Assembly (NCBI GenBank): GCA_027492035.1
Contig: JAOZFT010000004.1
Span: 317,249 to 349,248, forward strand
From: Thermoproteota archaeon
Lineage (GTDB): Archaea; Korarchaeota; JAOZGF01; JAOZFZ01
Reading direction: 5' to 3'
Length of the DNA stretch: 32,000 bases
The notes beneath the pieces were generated by a model. The model did no database searches. It saw nothing but the letters and a program-made list of their open reading frames with translations, and was not told the origin of the DNA. Both the position numbers and the translations under genes were made by a program. Positions 1 to 12,721 of this stretch are shown one piece after another (positions within the stretch are counted from its first letter, which is position 1; each line of letters begins with the position of its first letter).

Positions 1-64
1 CCTCTATTTTCCTGGATTCCTTAAGAATGTAATCTTCCCTTCCAGGTTCAACCTCTAAAAGCAT
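1..64 (-). CDS. 5' end of an unidentified protein-coding gene (partial, runs off the window)
   Basis: Minus-strand ATG at 64-62 opens a frame reading MLLEVEPGREDYILKESRKIE to the window edge. Too short to identify. Confidence 0.25.
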   Translation of the reverse strand, partial: MLLEVEPGREDYILKESRKIE

Positions 65-121
65 GAAAGCCTTATACATTTTTGTTCTTCTCCCTCCTCC
101 CCTTTTCTGTATCTTCTCTAT

Positions 122-420
122 TTCGCCAAGTTGGCTGTAATCCGCCTTCTATTTATAGTTGGCATTCAACTGAGCGGATTGTTCCCTTCGCTGCAAGTCC
201 TCATAAGGGCCTCCAATCCTTAGGCTTCAAGCACAGCCGTTTCACTAAATCTTACGGGGTCTTCTGGAAGTCCACTTCCTTCATCACCACCTCCCGTAAG
301 GTATATCGTTTCTGTGCTGGAGGAGGTTTCTCAACCTGTGCCTTTCGGCACCTTGAACTTGCAGACGCCGGCGGATTTCTTCAGTGCATAGACCGTAAGC
401 CAACCGCCAACTTGGCTTCC
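122..420 (-). ncRNA. rnpB: RNase P RNA (type-A-like), immediately downstream of 23S rRNA
   Basis: Read on the minus strand. Terminal helix: 406-416 pairs with 125-135 (GCCAAGUUGGC/GCCAACUUGGC). GAAGAAAUCCGCC (370-382) resembles CR-I GAGGAAAGUCC. AUAGAAGGCGGAUUAC (135-150) resembles CR-V ACAGAA..GGCUUA. AAUCCGCC and GGCGGAUU can form P4. S-domain-like GCACAGAAACGAUAUACC (300-317), then a hairpin, then UAGUGAAACGG (237-247). GC-rich in an AT-rich genome. Confidence 0.65.
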
Positions 421-441
421 AAGCAAATGCTCCTTTACGCT

Positions 442-454
<13 letters not shown>
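421..454 (-). other. 3' strand of the 23S processing helix (pairs with 3521-3553)
   Basis: agcaaatgctcc (422-433) is the exact reverse complement of ggagcatttgct (3542-3553). aggtttatgctgc (442-454) is the exact reverse complement of gcagcataaacct (3521-3533). The two segments are separated by 8-nt internal bulges on each strand, a layout typical of archaeal bulge-helix-bulge rRNA processing sites. Confidence 0.8.
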
Positions 455-3520
<3,066 letters not shown>

Positions 3521-3533
<13 letters not shown>

Positions 3534-3553
3534 ATTAACGTGGAGCATTTGCT
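3521..3553 (-). other. 5' strand of the 23S processing helix (pairs with 421-454)
   Basis: See the partner feature: 12-bp and 13-bp perfect complementary segments. Confidence 0.8.
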
Positions 3554-3682
3554 CGGCATCACAGGTTACTTTCAACCTTCGCCCTTCGCCTTAAAGAAGA
3601 GACTCTTTAAGGCTGCATCAAGGAGTAATAACAAAGAATAAACTAAAACAACTTTAATACGTGTTGTATAAGGAGAGATAGA

Positions 3683-3699
3683 ATGGAGGTTCTTAGTGC
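3683..3699 (-). other. 3' strand of the 16S processing helix (pairs with 5221-5237)
   Basis: atggaggttcttagtgc is the exact 17-nt reverse complement of gcactaagaacctccat at 5221-5237. The two segments bracket the 16S gene. Confidence 0.8.
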
Positions 3700-3711
3700 A
3701 AAGTGGCTTAT

Positions 3712-5201
<1,490 letters not shown>

Positions 5202-5220
5202 CCGCAAGGCTTTAAAAGAA

Positions 5221-5237
5221 GCACTAAGAACCTCCAT
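5221..5237 (-). other. 5' strand of the 16S processing helix
   Basis: Exact 17-nt complement of 3683-3699. Confidence 0.8.
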
Positions 5238-5358
5238 CAGATTTAAACCGCATGGTTTAAATCCTCCTTTTCTTGTGTCCATGCGTGGATTAAGTCTTTC
5301 ATTAATCAGGTTTTCTCCTTCATTTTTCCGACTTTAACGCCACATGGACCGCCAAGCT

Positions 5359-5373
5359 TATATAAAGCCTTTT
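5359..5373 (-). promoter_or_regulatory. Candidate rRNA operon promoter (BRE/TATA)
   Basis: Minus strand reads AAAAGGC-TTTATATA (TATA = reverse complement of 5359-5366), a perfect match to the archaeal TTTAWATA box. It lies about 120 nt upstream of the 16S processing helix. Confidence 0.5.
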
Positions 5374-5399
5374 GTCATTTAAAAATTTTACTATAAAAG

Positions 5400-6600
5400 G
5401 GTTTTATTAATTTATTGTGAGTTAAACGAAAAATAAAAAAGCGTTGCTTCTATACCTTCGTTTCGTTGAAAACAAGCCCTGTCAGCTTAGTTTGACAATA
5501 TATCCCTTCCTTTATCAAATCCCCCAGCCTTTTTCTATTTCCAAATTAATTCCATAGCGTAAGCAGAGATTCCACCTCTAAACTGAAGTGAGGTTTCAAG
5601 AAGTTATATAGTAAAACAAATCAACCGTTTTAACCAAATTTTAGCTTAAATAAATGAACTTTGCAATTTTCTTGTAAGTATGGAAACCAATACTGTAAAA
5701 AAGAGGAGAGAAATGGTGAAGGAGTCCAATAACCCAAAAATTCCTTTTATAAGTGTATACCCCAGGCTTCTCTGAACATTTTAATCGCTTAAAAGTAAAT
5801 TAGCAAAATTTTTTGATATCTTTACTTGCAATCTGTATCCTTAAGTTGTTCTCAGCTTTTACATCCAAGCAACTACTAAATGCACCTTATACAGGCACTA
5901 GTTTCAAGTAAATGAGTTGCAAGGCTATGTTTTAACCATGAGGAGTAACCTCCTTATTTGCAGCTTTTTCAACTGTTTGTTAAATTCCTCCTTTACCGTA
6001 TTCTCAAAAATAAAACCAGTATCTGTGGATGAATGGAATGCTTACCTTCCCTCGGGTATGCAGTGATTTATTAAGGATTTAACAGCGTAGCAGTCGCCCT
6101 TACGAAACTGTTAAATTTGATAGATAAATATAATACTTGGTAAGTAAAGATGGAAAGAGAACATATTAAAGGAGGAAAATAATATGATGGCTTAGTTACT
6201 CTTCAGTTCTTCACACTTTGTTCTTCAGGTTACTTAAATGGTGGACATACAACTTCTCTAAGTTTATAACTGTTCAGGTATTTAACGATCCAATGAACAA
6301 AAGTGCTTTAGATATCTCAACCATTACAAAGGCAATCTACACCTCGTTTCGATTTTTTCTCGAGTTTTCAGGTTCCACTGGAACTCGTCATAACCGCTAT
6401 TTATTGTCTAGCAAGAAGGTAACAGAACCTACAAAGTATTTTTCAGGGAAGGTTAAAGAGTTTTAGTTTTAATTTCTGTCCTTTGTTTTCAAACGTGTCA
6501 TGTGTTATTTTTTAGGTTTATCTTTTTCAAGTCCTCCTGTTTAAAGGAGAGAAGTAAAATTTTAAAAGGTATATACATTTGTTAGGTAGTAGTTCTTAAA
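5400..6600. other. Candidate replication origin region (oriC) adjacent to orc1/cdc6
   Basis: About 1.2 kb of AT-rich DNA with no convincing ORF, between the rRNA promoter and the tRNA-Thr/tRNA-Pro/orc1 block. Contains an ORB-like dyad (6372-6384) and repeated short motifs (5450-5466 / 6337-6352; 5521-5530 / 5759-5770). Confidence 0.4.
6372..6384. repeat. ORB-like dyad GTTCCACTGGAAC
   Basis: Perfect 13-nt palindrome. The reverse strand reads GAGTTCCAGTGGAACCTGAAAACTCGAG, close to the TTCCAGTGGAAAC..GAAACTC core of origin recognition boxes described for Pyrococcus and Sulfolobus origins (recalled from memory). Confidence 0.45.
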
Positions 6601-6607
6601 AAAGGTT

Positions 6608-6706
6608 GCCGCCGTAGCTCAGCCGGTAGAGCGAGGGACTTGTAATCCCTTGGTCGAGGGTTCAAAAACCTGTGTGTTTCCCAGGTTGGGAATCCCTCCG
6701 GCGGCT
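6608..6706 (+). tRNA. tRNA-Thr(UGU) with a ~25-nt intron in the T-loop (about position 59/60)
   Basis: GCCGCCG-TA-GCTC..GAGC-G-AGGGA-CTTGTAA-TCCCT-TGGTC-GAGGG-TTCAAA[aacctgtgtgtttcccaggttggga]AT-CCCTC-CGGCGGC-T. The intron holds a 6-bp hairpin AACCTG/CAGGTT. Confidence 0.85.
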
Positions 6707-6721
6707 GTCCCTATCTCTCCA

Positions 6722-6812
6722 GGGGCCGTGGGGTAGCTAGGTCTAGCCTTCGAGACTTGGGCTCTCGAGAGTGTTCATCCGAGAAACCCCGGTTCAAATC
6801 CGGGCGGCCCCA
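6722..6812 (+). tRNA. tRNA-Pro(UGG) with ~15 extra nt between the anticodon stem and the T-stem
   Basis: GGGGCCG-TG-GGGT..GCCT-T-CGAGA-CTTGGGC-TCTCG-[AGAGTGTTCATCCGAGAAAC]-CCCGG-TTCAAAT-CCGGG-CGGCCCC-A. There are 20 nt where a 5-nt variable loop is expected. Confidence 0.8.
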
Positions 6813-6940
6813 CCTATCTTCTTTTTGTAACTCCTTTGTACTTATTAATGTATTACCGCGCTTTCCTATGGATTTTTAAACTCTACAACACCCTTTTTTA
6901 TTGTCTCCTTGAACCTTGTAACTTTTTAAAGGGGTTTTTG

Positions 6941-8125
6941 ATGTCTCTGGAAGAAGGTGTAGAGAACGTTTTTGACAGGATTCCTTTGCAATCAAGCATT
7001 TTTAAAAGAAGAGAAGTAGTTAGGTTTGACTATGTTCCTTCACAGCTTCCTTACAGGGATGCTGAGATAATGAAAATGGCACTTATCCTTTCATCTATTT
7101 TTAGAGAAGCTGTTCCCTCAAATATATTTATTTACGGAAAAACTGGGACAGGCAAAACCGCCGTTTCCATGTTTGTTAAAGATCAGTTGATAAAGAAAGC
7201 TAACCAACTTAAAAAACCTGTAATAGTGAATTACATAAATTGTAGGATAAGCGATACAAGCTATAGAATACTTACTCAGTTGACGCGTTTCTTGGACCCA
7301 AAAGTCCCCTTTATAGGTTTACCTTACGATGAAATTTATGAGAGGTTTATTTCAAAACTTGCTGAACATAACCTTTTCTTTGTTGTTTTTTTGGATGAAA
7401 TTGATCAGCTGGCTGGGAAAGGGGACGATAAAATACTGTACTCCTTAATCAGGATAAACTCTGAGCTTTCAAATGGAGGCTTAAGCATAGTTGGAATAAC
7501 TAATGATTTGAAATTTAAAGAAACTCTTGACCCAAGGATAGTAAGTGCTTTAAGTGATGAAGAAATCTTTTTTGAACCATATAATGCTGAGCAGCTCCTC
7601 CGCATCTTAAAAGACAGGGCTGAGGAAGCTTTCGTGGACGGGGCAATTGATGATTCAATTTTACAGGTAATTGCTGCATATGCTGCTAGAGAAGGAGGTG
7701 ATGCAAGAACTGCCATTGACTTGTTAAGGTTAGCTGGCGAATTAGCTGAAAGAGAAGGGGATGTTAAAGTCAAAATGAGACACGTTGAAAGGGCAAGAGT
7801 GAAAATGAAAGACGATCTGTTCTACAGAGCAATAACAACTCTTTCTCTGCAAAGTAAACTTGTTCTTTACTCTATAGCTCTGTTAACGAAAATAAATGAA
7901 GAAGTAATTACAACAGGGAAAGTTTACTCTACTTACTCCAGAATTTGTGAGAAAATCAATGTTGACAAGCTCTCCAAAAGAAGAGTTAGTGACATAATCA
8001 GGGAACTGGACATGATAGGATTAATTAGTTACAGAATCGGTCATGTGGCGCGTGGAAGAACAAAGAAAATTCATCTTGAATACAACCACAAAAAGATCTT
8101 AGAGCTGCTTAATGAGACAATTTAG
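6941..8125 (+). CDS. cdc6: Orc1/Cdc6 replication initiator (AAA+ ATPase plus winged helix)
   Basis: Walker A GKTGTGKT, Walker B FLDEID, GITND, and a C-terminal winged-helix-like region. Start moved from the TTG at 6836 to the ATG at 6941 (MSLEEGVENVFDRIPL...), which is preceded by aaagggg. The 35-aa extension has no Orc1-like character. Confidence 0.9.
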   Translation: MSLEEGVENVFDRIPLQSSIFKRREVVRFDYVPSQLPYRDAEIMKMALILSSIFREAVPSNIFIYGKTGTGKTAVSMFVKDQLIKKANQLKKPVIVNYINCRISDTSYRILTQLTRFLDPKVPFIGLPYDEIYERFISKLAEHNLFFVVFLDEIDQLAGKGDDKILYSLIRINSELSNGGLSIVGITNDLKFKETLDPRIVSALSDEEIFFEPYNAEQLLRILKDRAEEAFVDGAIDDSILQVIAAYAAREGGDARTAIDLLRLAGELAEREGDVKVKMRHVERARVKMKDDLFYRAITTLSLQSKLVLYSIALLTKINEEVITTGKVYSTYSRICEKINVDKLSKRRVSDIIRELDMIGLISYRIGHVARGRTKKIHLEYNHKKILELLNETI

Positions 8126-8157
8126 TTTCTCCCTCCCATAAAGAAGTTTATTTGAAG

Positions 8158-9690
8158 CTACAGGAACCTCTTCCTAAAAATTTGTTGATTACCCATGTTA
8201 ACTAGTTGCACTATTCCAGGGGTAGGGTTAATGTTCATTTCAGCTTGGTAAATTGTTTTACGTTGCCATGTTCCGGAGGCTATACATGTTATCCCATTCA
8301 CTCTCTTCTCTCCATTTATGTGTAGATGTCCCGTTTGCACAATGTCAGGAGGGTCCTCTATCAAATGAAAATCAAAACTTTCAGGAGCTAATGGTACATT
8401 AGAGCCGTAAAGAGGAGATAAGTGCCGGCTTATTAACATTTCATGAATAGCTTCCTCCGGCTTATTCCTTTTTCTTCTGGGTAAAACTGTGTTCCAATCC
8501 TCCAAACTCTTTCCGTGGTAAATAAGTACTTTATAACCGTCAATTACTACTCTTGAAGGGTTACCTAAAGAATATATTCGTCTCTCCTCCTTTAAAGGTT
8601 CGATGTAGTGGTGAATAATTGATGGTTGAGGTTCAGAAAGCCTAGTAGCGTCGTGGTTCCCAGGAACAAAAATTATATCCAAGTAATTAGGCACTTTCTT
8701 CATATATTTTATGAAAAGGTCATACTGCTTACCTATATCCCTCTCCATTAATTCATTTTCTTGCCCAGGGTAAACACCCACTCCATCCACTAAATCCCCA
8801 GCAATTATTAAATATTTGATTTTAGAAACAATCCTTTTCTCTTTTTCGTTTCCCCTTTTCAGATTTAACCATTCTAAAAATTTTTGAAATTCTTTCTGAA
8901 GAAACGCTTTGCTTCCTATGTGTAGATCAGAAATAAAGGCCATATAAATTTCCCTCTCAAAAGTTTTCGGTTTGGTTCTAGGAGGCCCTGGAAAATAAAT
9001 TACTTCAGCATTCAACACCCCCTTCTTCCATACCCTACCCTTAACCCCTATCACTTGGTCAGGTATAATATGTGCTGCCTCAGCCATGTTCTTGTTTACT
9101 ATGACTTTAATTGAACCAGTTAAATCTTCAAGTTCCAAGATATAGTTCCCTTTTAGGCTCTTCCTTTTTGAAAAAACCATTCCCACAATGGTTACTTGTT
9201 TTCTCTCCTGTGAGCTGTATTTCTGTATGTCTTCTATGTCTTCAACTTCTCTCCCTTCAATTTTAGACTCAATTATTTTTCTTAACCTAATGTATCTGTT
9301 AATAAATAACCGAATAAAATCTGTTATTTTCTCTCCTCGGTTTATGTACCTACTTGGGTCAAGCTCAACCTCTATTTTCCCATCCCAATCCTTAGCAGTC
9401 TCTTCTTGCAAAAAACCTTCAGGTAAAAATGTTTCAATTTCCTCTCTACCCTTTTCTTTCCTTTCTTCTCTGTTTTCCTTCTTCAAAAGGTTTAGAATCT
9501 TTTCCACCAGTTCTATCTTAACCACTACACCCCTACTCTGCGACTCCTGCAGTTTTTCTATGAAGAAATCAATTATAGACTTTAGGTTCATTTCGGAAAA
9601 ATTTTTTAGGAGAGGTAATGCTTCAGAAGGGAGTAAGTACCCTTTTTCAGCAGTTTTAGCAAGTAATTCCTTGATCTCTTTGTTTTGCAT
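8158..9690 (-). CDS. DNA polymerase D (PolD) small subunit DP1
   Basis: Calcineurin-like phosphoesterase motifs DLHIGS, GDLVDG, GNHD, GHLH. An OB-like region precedes them (VTIVGMV...VKGRV). Start set to the ATG at 9690 (MQNKEIKELL) because the longer ORF overlaps tRNA-Leu. Confidence 0.9.
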   Translation of the reverse strand: MQNKEIKELLAKTAEKGYLLPSEALPLLKNFSEMNLKSIIDFFIEKLQESQSRGVVVKIELVEKILNLLKKENREERKEKGREEIETFLPEGFLQEETAKDWDGKIEVELDPSRYINRGEKITDFIRLFINRYIRLRKIIESKIEGREVEDIEDIQKYSSQERKQVTIVGMVFSKRKSLKGNYILELEDLTGSIKVIVNKNMAEAAHIIPDQVIGVKGRVWKKGVLNAEVIYFPGPPRTKPKTFEREIYMAFISDLHIGSKAFLQKEFQKFLEWLNLKRGNEKEKRIVSKIKYLIIAGDLVDGVGVYPGQENELMERDIGKQYDLFIKYMKKVPNYLDIIFVPGNHDATRLSEPQPSIIHHYIEPLKEERRIYSLGNPSRVVIDGYKVLIYHGKSLEDWNTVLPRRKRNKPEEAIHEMLISRHLSPLYGSNVPLAPESFDFHLIEDPPDIVQTGHLHINGEKRVNGITCIASGTWQRKTIYQAEMNINPTPGIVQLVNMGNQQIFRKRFL

Positions 9691-9725
9691 TTCTTTTTCC
9701 GCTTTCCTCTGTTTAAAAGAGCTTA

Positions 9726-9818
9726 TGCGGGGGGAGGGATTTGAACCCTCGCAGGACTGAACCACCAGATCTCTAATCCTTGAGTCTGGCGCCTTTAACC
9801 TGGCTCGGCAACCCCCGC
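9726..9818 (-). tRNA. tRNA-Leu(CAA), class II, with an 8-nt insertion after the anticodon loop
   Basis: Reverse complement: GCGGGGG-TT-GCC..GGC-G-CCAGA-CTCAAGG-[ATTAGAGA]-TCTGG-TGGTTCAGTCCTGC-GAGGG-TTCAAAT-CCCTC-CCCCCGC-A. Long variable arm and A73. Confidence 0.75.
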
Positions 9819-9820
9819 TT

Positions 9821-10303
9821 TCACTTCAAAATATCTAATAAAGCCACTTTTTCAATTAAAAATTTTAGGGTTTTATCCTTTAAAGTTTTACCCGAGAAGC
9901 CACTTCTTTCTAACTCCCCCTTCTTCACTTTAAACTCATTAAAGATTTCCTTTAAATCCCCTTTAAACTTTCTTTCAATTTTTGCTCCCTCATTTTCCAG
10001 AATCCTCTTGATTGTTTTGTTTTCCTTATTAGATAACGCCTCTTCCTTTGTCAGAAACACTATTCCAAGTGTTTCATTAAAGATTTTATTCTTCATTTTC
10101 GCTTCTTTTATTTGTCTCTCGCCGAATAAGTAACAAATAAACTCTATTTCCATGTTTCTAGAAACGTTTGTTCCATCCTTAAAAGCTCTTAAGGTATGTA
10201 AAATTGAAGTTTCCACTTGTTTTTGGGACAAAACTATTTTAGGGTTTAAAAAAACTACTTTGCAATCAGTCCTCTTCTCTATTTCCTCTTTAACTTTAAA
10301 CAT
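9821..10303 (-). CDS. Probable KEOPS subunit Cgi121
   Basis: 160 aa. The segment IVLSQKQVETSILHTLRAFKDGTNVSRNMEIEFICYLFGERQIKEA follows the pattern I recall for archaeal Cgi121 (A..af..g.n.s....E.l.y.sG.RQI..A). Assignment rests on pattern memory only. Confidence 0.5.
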   Translation of the reverse strand: MFKVKEEIEKRTDCKVVFLNPKIVLSQKQVETSILHTLRAFKDGTNVSRNMEIEFICYLFGERQIKEAKMKNKIFNETLGIVFLTKEEALSNKENKTIKRILENEGAKIERKFKGDLKEIFNEFKVKKGELERSGFSGKTLKDKTLKFLIEKVALLDILK

Positions 10304-10405
10304 TCTTTTCTCTAATTCTTCTTGTTGTTTTTCTAAGCTGAAAACAATATATTCAGGTGCATTAGAGAAGGGTATTCTTACCTCCTCCTTTCAAATATAA
10401 TTAAA

Positions 10406-10499
10406 CGGGCCCGGCGGGATTTTCATCCATTATAGAATTTTGAACCCGCAATCTTCGGCTCCGGAGGCCGAAATGTTGTCCTTTTTACACCACGGGCCC
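10406..10499 (-). tRNA. tRNA-Arg(CCG) with a 19-nt T-loop intron (59/60; plus-strand 10420-10438)
   Basis: Reverse complement: GGGCCCG-TG-GTGT..ACAT-T-TCGGC-CTCCGGA-GCCGA-AGATT-GCGGG-TTCAAA[attctataatggatgaaaa]T-CCCGC-CGGGCCC-G. Confidence 0.85.
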
Positions 10500-10522
10500 A
10501 TAGGAAAAAGAGGAAATGGACG

Positions 10523-11296
10523 CTAAGTCACTTCAGTACCTACCTCCTTCTTCTCTAAAAGAATTTTTAAAATGTTTGTGGGGAAAGAACCGTTACAAAT
10601 ATGCAGCTTTATGGTTGATCTTTCCAGTACTTTTAAGGCTACCGGATCTAGAAGTTCATAACTTCCCGGTTGGAACTTTAGTTTTTCAAGAAGCAGTTTC
10701 AGGTCTTTATAAGTTATCTTACTTATTTTTTCAGCATTTTTCACTCTTCTAGGATCAGCTGTATAAACTCCATCGACGCTTGTACACTTTACAACGATAT
10801 CAGCACCTAAAGCTTCCGCTAAAATAGCTGCTACAGCGTCTGTAGATTGTCCAGGGAACATTCCACCTGCAAAGCATATTTCGAAGCTTTTAAGTGCTAA
10901 TTTCGCCTCCTCTATACTTTCAATATATTTCGGGTATACGTGATGCTTCAAGGCTGCTATGAAAACCATTGAATTCAATTTTGCTGCCTCCATACCTATT
11001 AAATCACAAAAAAAATTGTTTGCACCCAGTTTTTCAGCCATTTCTATTCTTTCACGTGCCAAACGTCCTCCACCCACTACAACAGCTATTTTCCATTTCT
11101 TTTTAATTAATTCATAAAATACCTCCACGTACCCTCTCAGAATTTCTGAGGCATCTCTTTCTGAAAAAATGAAACCTCCAATCTTGACTACAGCTTTCAA
11201 ATAGGGCCTCCTCTTCAAAACCTTTTTATAAAGGAAGTACTTTTTAATTTCTTTTTTTCTTATTTCACTATATCTCATAAATTTTTTAAAAGGCAC
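10523..11296 (-). CDS. pyrH: Uridylate (UMP) kinase, archaeal type
   Basis: Amino-acid-kinase fold motifs VVKIGG, VVVGGGRLARE, GGMFPGQSTDAVAAILAE, TSVDGVYTADP. The basic ~35-aa N-terminal extension is unusual, so the start is uncertain. Confidence 0.8.
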   Translation of the reverse strand: MPFKKFMRYSEIRKKEIKKYFLYKKVLKRRPYLKAVVKIGGFIFSERDASEILRGYVEVFYELIKKKWKIAVVVGGGRLARERIEMAEKLGANNFFCDLIGMEAAKLNSMVFIAALKHHVYPKYIESIEEAKLALKSFEICFAGGMFPGQSTDAVAAILAEALGADIVVKCTSVDGVYTADPRRVKNAEKISKITYKDLKLLLEKLKFQPGSYELLDPVALKVLERSTIKLHICNGSFPTNILKILLEKKEVGTEVT

Positions 11297-11352
11297 CCTT
11301 TAGGGGGAATGTAAAGATTTCCTCCCTGAGAAACTTTATAAGAGGTTTTGCA

Positions 11353-12600
11353 ATGAACAATTCCAAAGCAGAGAATGAGAGGTTGTTCAAGAAAAGAATA
11401 AAGGAGCTTTCAAAAATTAAGGGGTGGGGTACTGAATTAATTTCTCTCTATATCCCTCCAGAAAAAAATTTAGCTGAAGTAACAAATTACTTAAAAAGGG
11501 AGTATAGTCAAGCTAGCAATATAAAGGACAAAATTACAAACAAAAACGTAAGAGCTTGCATAAAAACGATAATGCAAAGATTGAAAACCATCAATAAACC
11601 CCCTAAAAACGGTTTAGCTATATTTTGTGGAGCAATTCCAACTTCCAACTCCAGGGGAACGGAAAAAATAGAAATTTTTCTTATTGAACCCATAATGCCT
11701 ATTAAAGCCTTCATTTATAGATGTGGAGGTTCATTTTTCCTTGAACCACTGGAAAAAATGGTTTTACCTAAAGAAATTTACGGCTTCATCGTCATAGACA
11801 GGGAAAAAGCTGTTATAGGATTAATTAAAGATGTTTATGTCCAGTTGCTTGGCAAATACACGTCAGGTGCTCCAGGGAAGCATAGTAAGGGAGGGCAATC
11901 CCAGCAAAGATTCAACAGGTTAAGGGAAAAAATAATTCTTGAATACTTTAGAAGAGTAGGGGAACATGCCACTTCCTTCTTTAGAGGAACCCCTAACTTG
12001 AAAGGGATCATAATAGGAGGACCTGGTTTTGCAAAACAGGACTTTCTTAGAGCAGATGCCTTACCTTCAGATTTAGAAAATAAAGTGGTTGGATTAATAG
12101 ATATAGGTTACGGTGGTGAGGAAGGAGTTCGTGAACTGGTTTCAAAAGTTGGTGAAGTATTATCTGGCCTAGTAATTGTCAAGGAAAAGAAGTTAGTTCA
12201 AGATTTCTTCAAAAAAGTTGTTGAAGAACCAAATTTGGTAACTTACGGATTTAATAACGTGTTTGAGGCGTTGAGGAGAGAAGCAGTTGCCACTTTACTT
12301 CTTTCAGAAAATTTAAGCCTGCATAGAGTTAAGCTTACCTGTAGAACCTGTGGATACATAGATGAAAAAATATTAAATGGGAAAGAAATTAATGAAATCG
12401 TTACGAAGGGTGTACCCTGTCCAAAATGCAACAGTCCTCTCTATATAGAAGAAGAAAAGGACTTATTTGAAGAATTAATTGAAGAAGCTGGTAAACATAA
12501 CGCTGAAGTGTTTATTGTATCTGCAGAAACAGAAGAAGGGAAACAATTTGCTTCAGCCTTCAATGGGGTTGGTGCTCTACTTAAATACCCCCTAACCTAA
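11353..12600 (+). CDS. prf1: Peptide chain release factor aRF1
   Basis: GGQ motif (HSKGGQSQQRF), YxCxxxF-type motif (YRCGGSFF), and a NIKS-position motif that reads NIKD. C-terminal domain has a CxxC...CxxC insertion (CRTCGY...CPKCNS). Confidence 0.92.
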   Translation: MNNSKAENERLFKKRIKELSKIKGWGTELISLYIPPEKNLAEVTNYLKREYSQASNIKDKITNKNVRACIKTIMQRLKTINKPPKNGLAIFCGAIPTSNSRGTEKIEIFLIEPIMPIKAFIYRCGGSFFLEPLEKMVLPKEIYGFIVIDREKAVIGLIKDVYVQLLGKYTSGAPGKHSKGGQSQQRFNRLREKIILEYFRRVGEHATSFFRGTPNLKGIIIGGPGFAKQDFLRADALPSDLENKVVGLIDIGYGGEEGVRELVSKVGEVLSGLVIVKEKKLVQDFFKKVVEEPNLVTYGFNNVFEALRREAVATLLLSENLSLHRVKLTCRTCGYIDEKILNGKEINEIVTKGVPCPKCNSPLYIEEEKDLFEELIEEAGKHNAEVFIVSAETEEGKQFASAFNGVGALLKYPLT

Positions 12601-12721
12601 AAACTCCTTATTGAGTTAAAGTAAGCCTACAAAATCTAGCTGGAAAAAGTACAGGAACCGTAAAATTTAACTTTCCACAACAAAACCTCTCGCAACCGAA
12701 ATACGGTTTTAAGACTCTATG

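Noticed and set aside
3541-3711. Possible tRNA (e.g. tRNA-Ala) in the 16S-23S spacer
   Set aside because: Read on the minus strand, the spacer has no acceptor or T-arm pattern (no GGTTCRAATCC-like element). It contains only the processing-helix strands and AT-rich linker.
6218-6466. 82-aa TTG-initiated ORF in the candidate origin region
   Set aside because: No ATG start, no recognisable motif, low-complexity AT-driven composition, and it spans the ORB-like dyad. Treated as non-coding.
6836-6940. N-terminal 35-aa extension of Orc1/Cdc6 from a TTG start
   Set aside because: The extension (YLLMYYRAFLWIFKLYNTLFYCLL...) is hydrophobic junk-like and starts only 24 nt after tRNA-Pro. The ATG at 6941 gives a typical Orc1 N-terminus.
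9691-9765. Longer start for the PolD DP1 ORF
   Set aside because: The extra 25 codons overlap the 3' half of tRNA-Leu (9726-9818).
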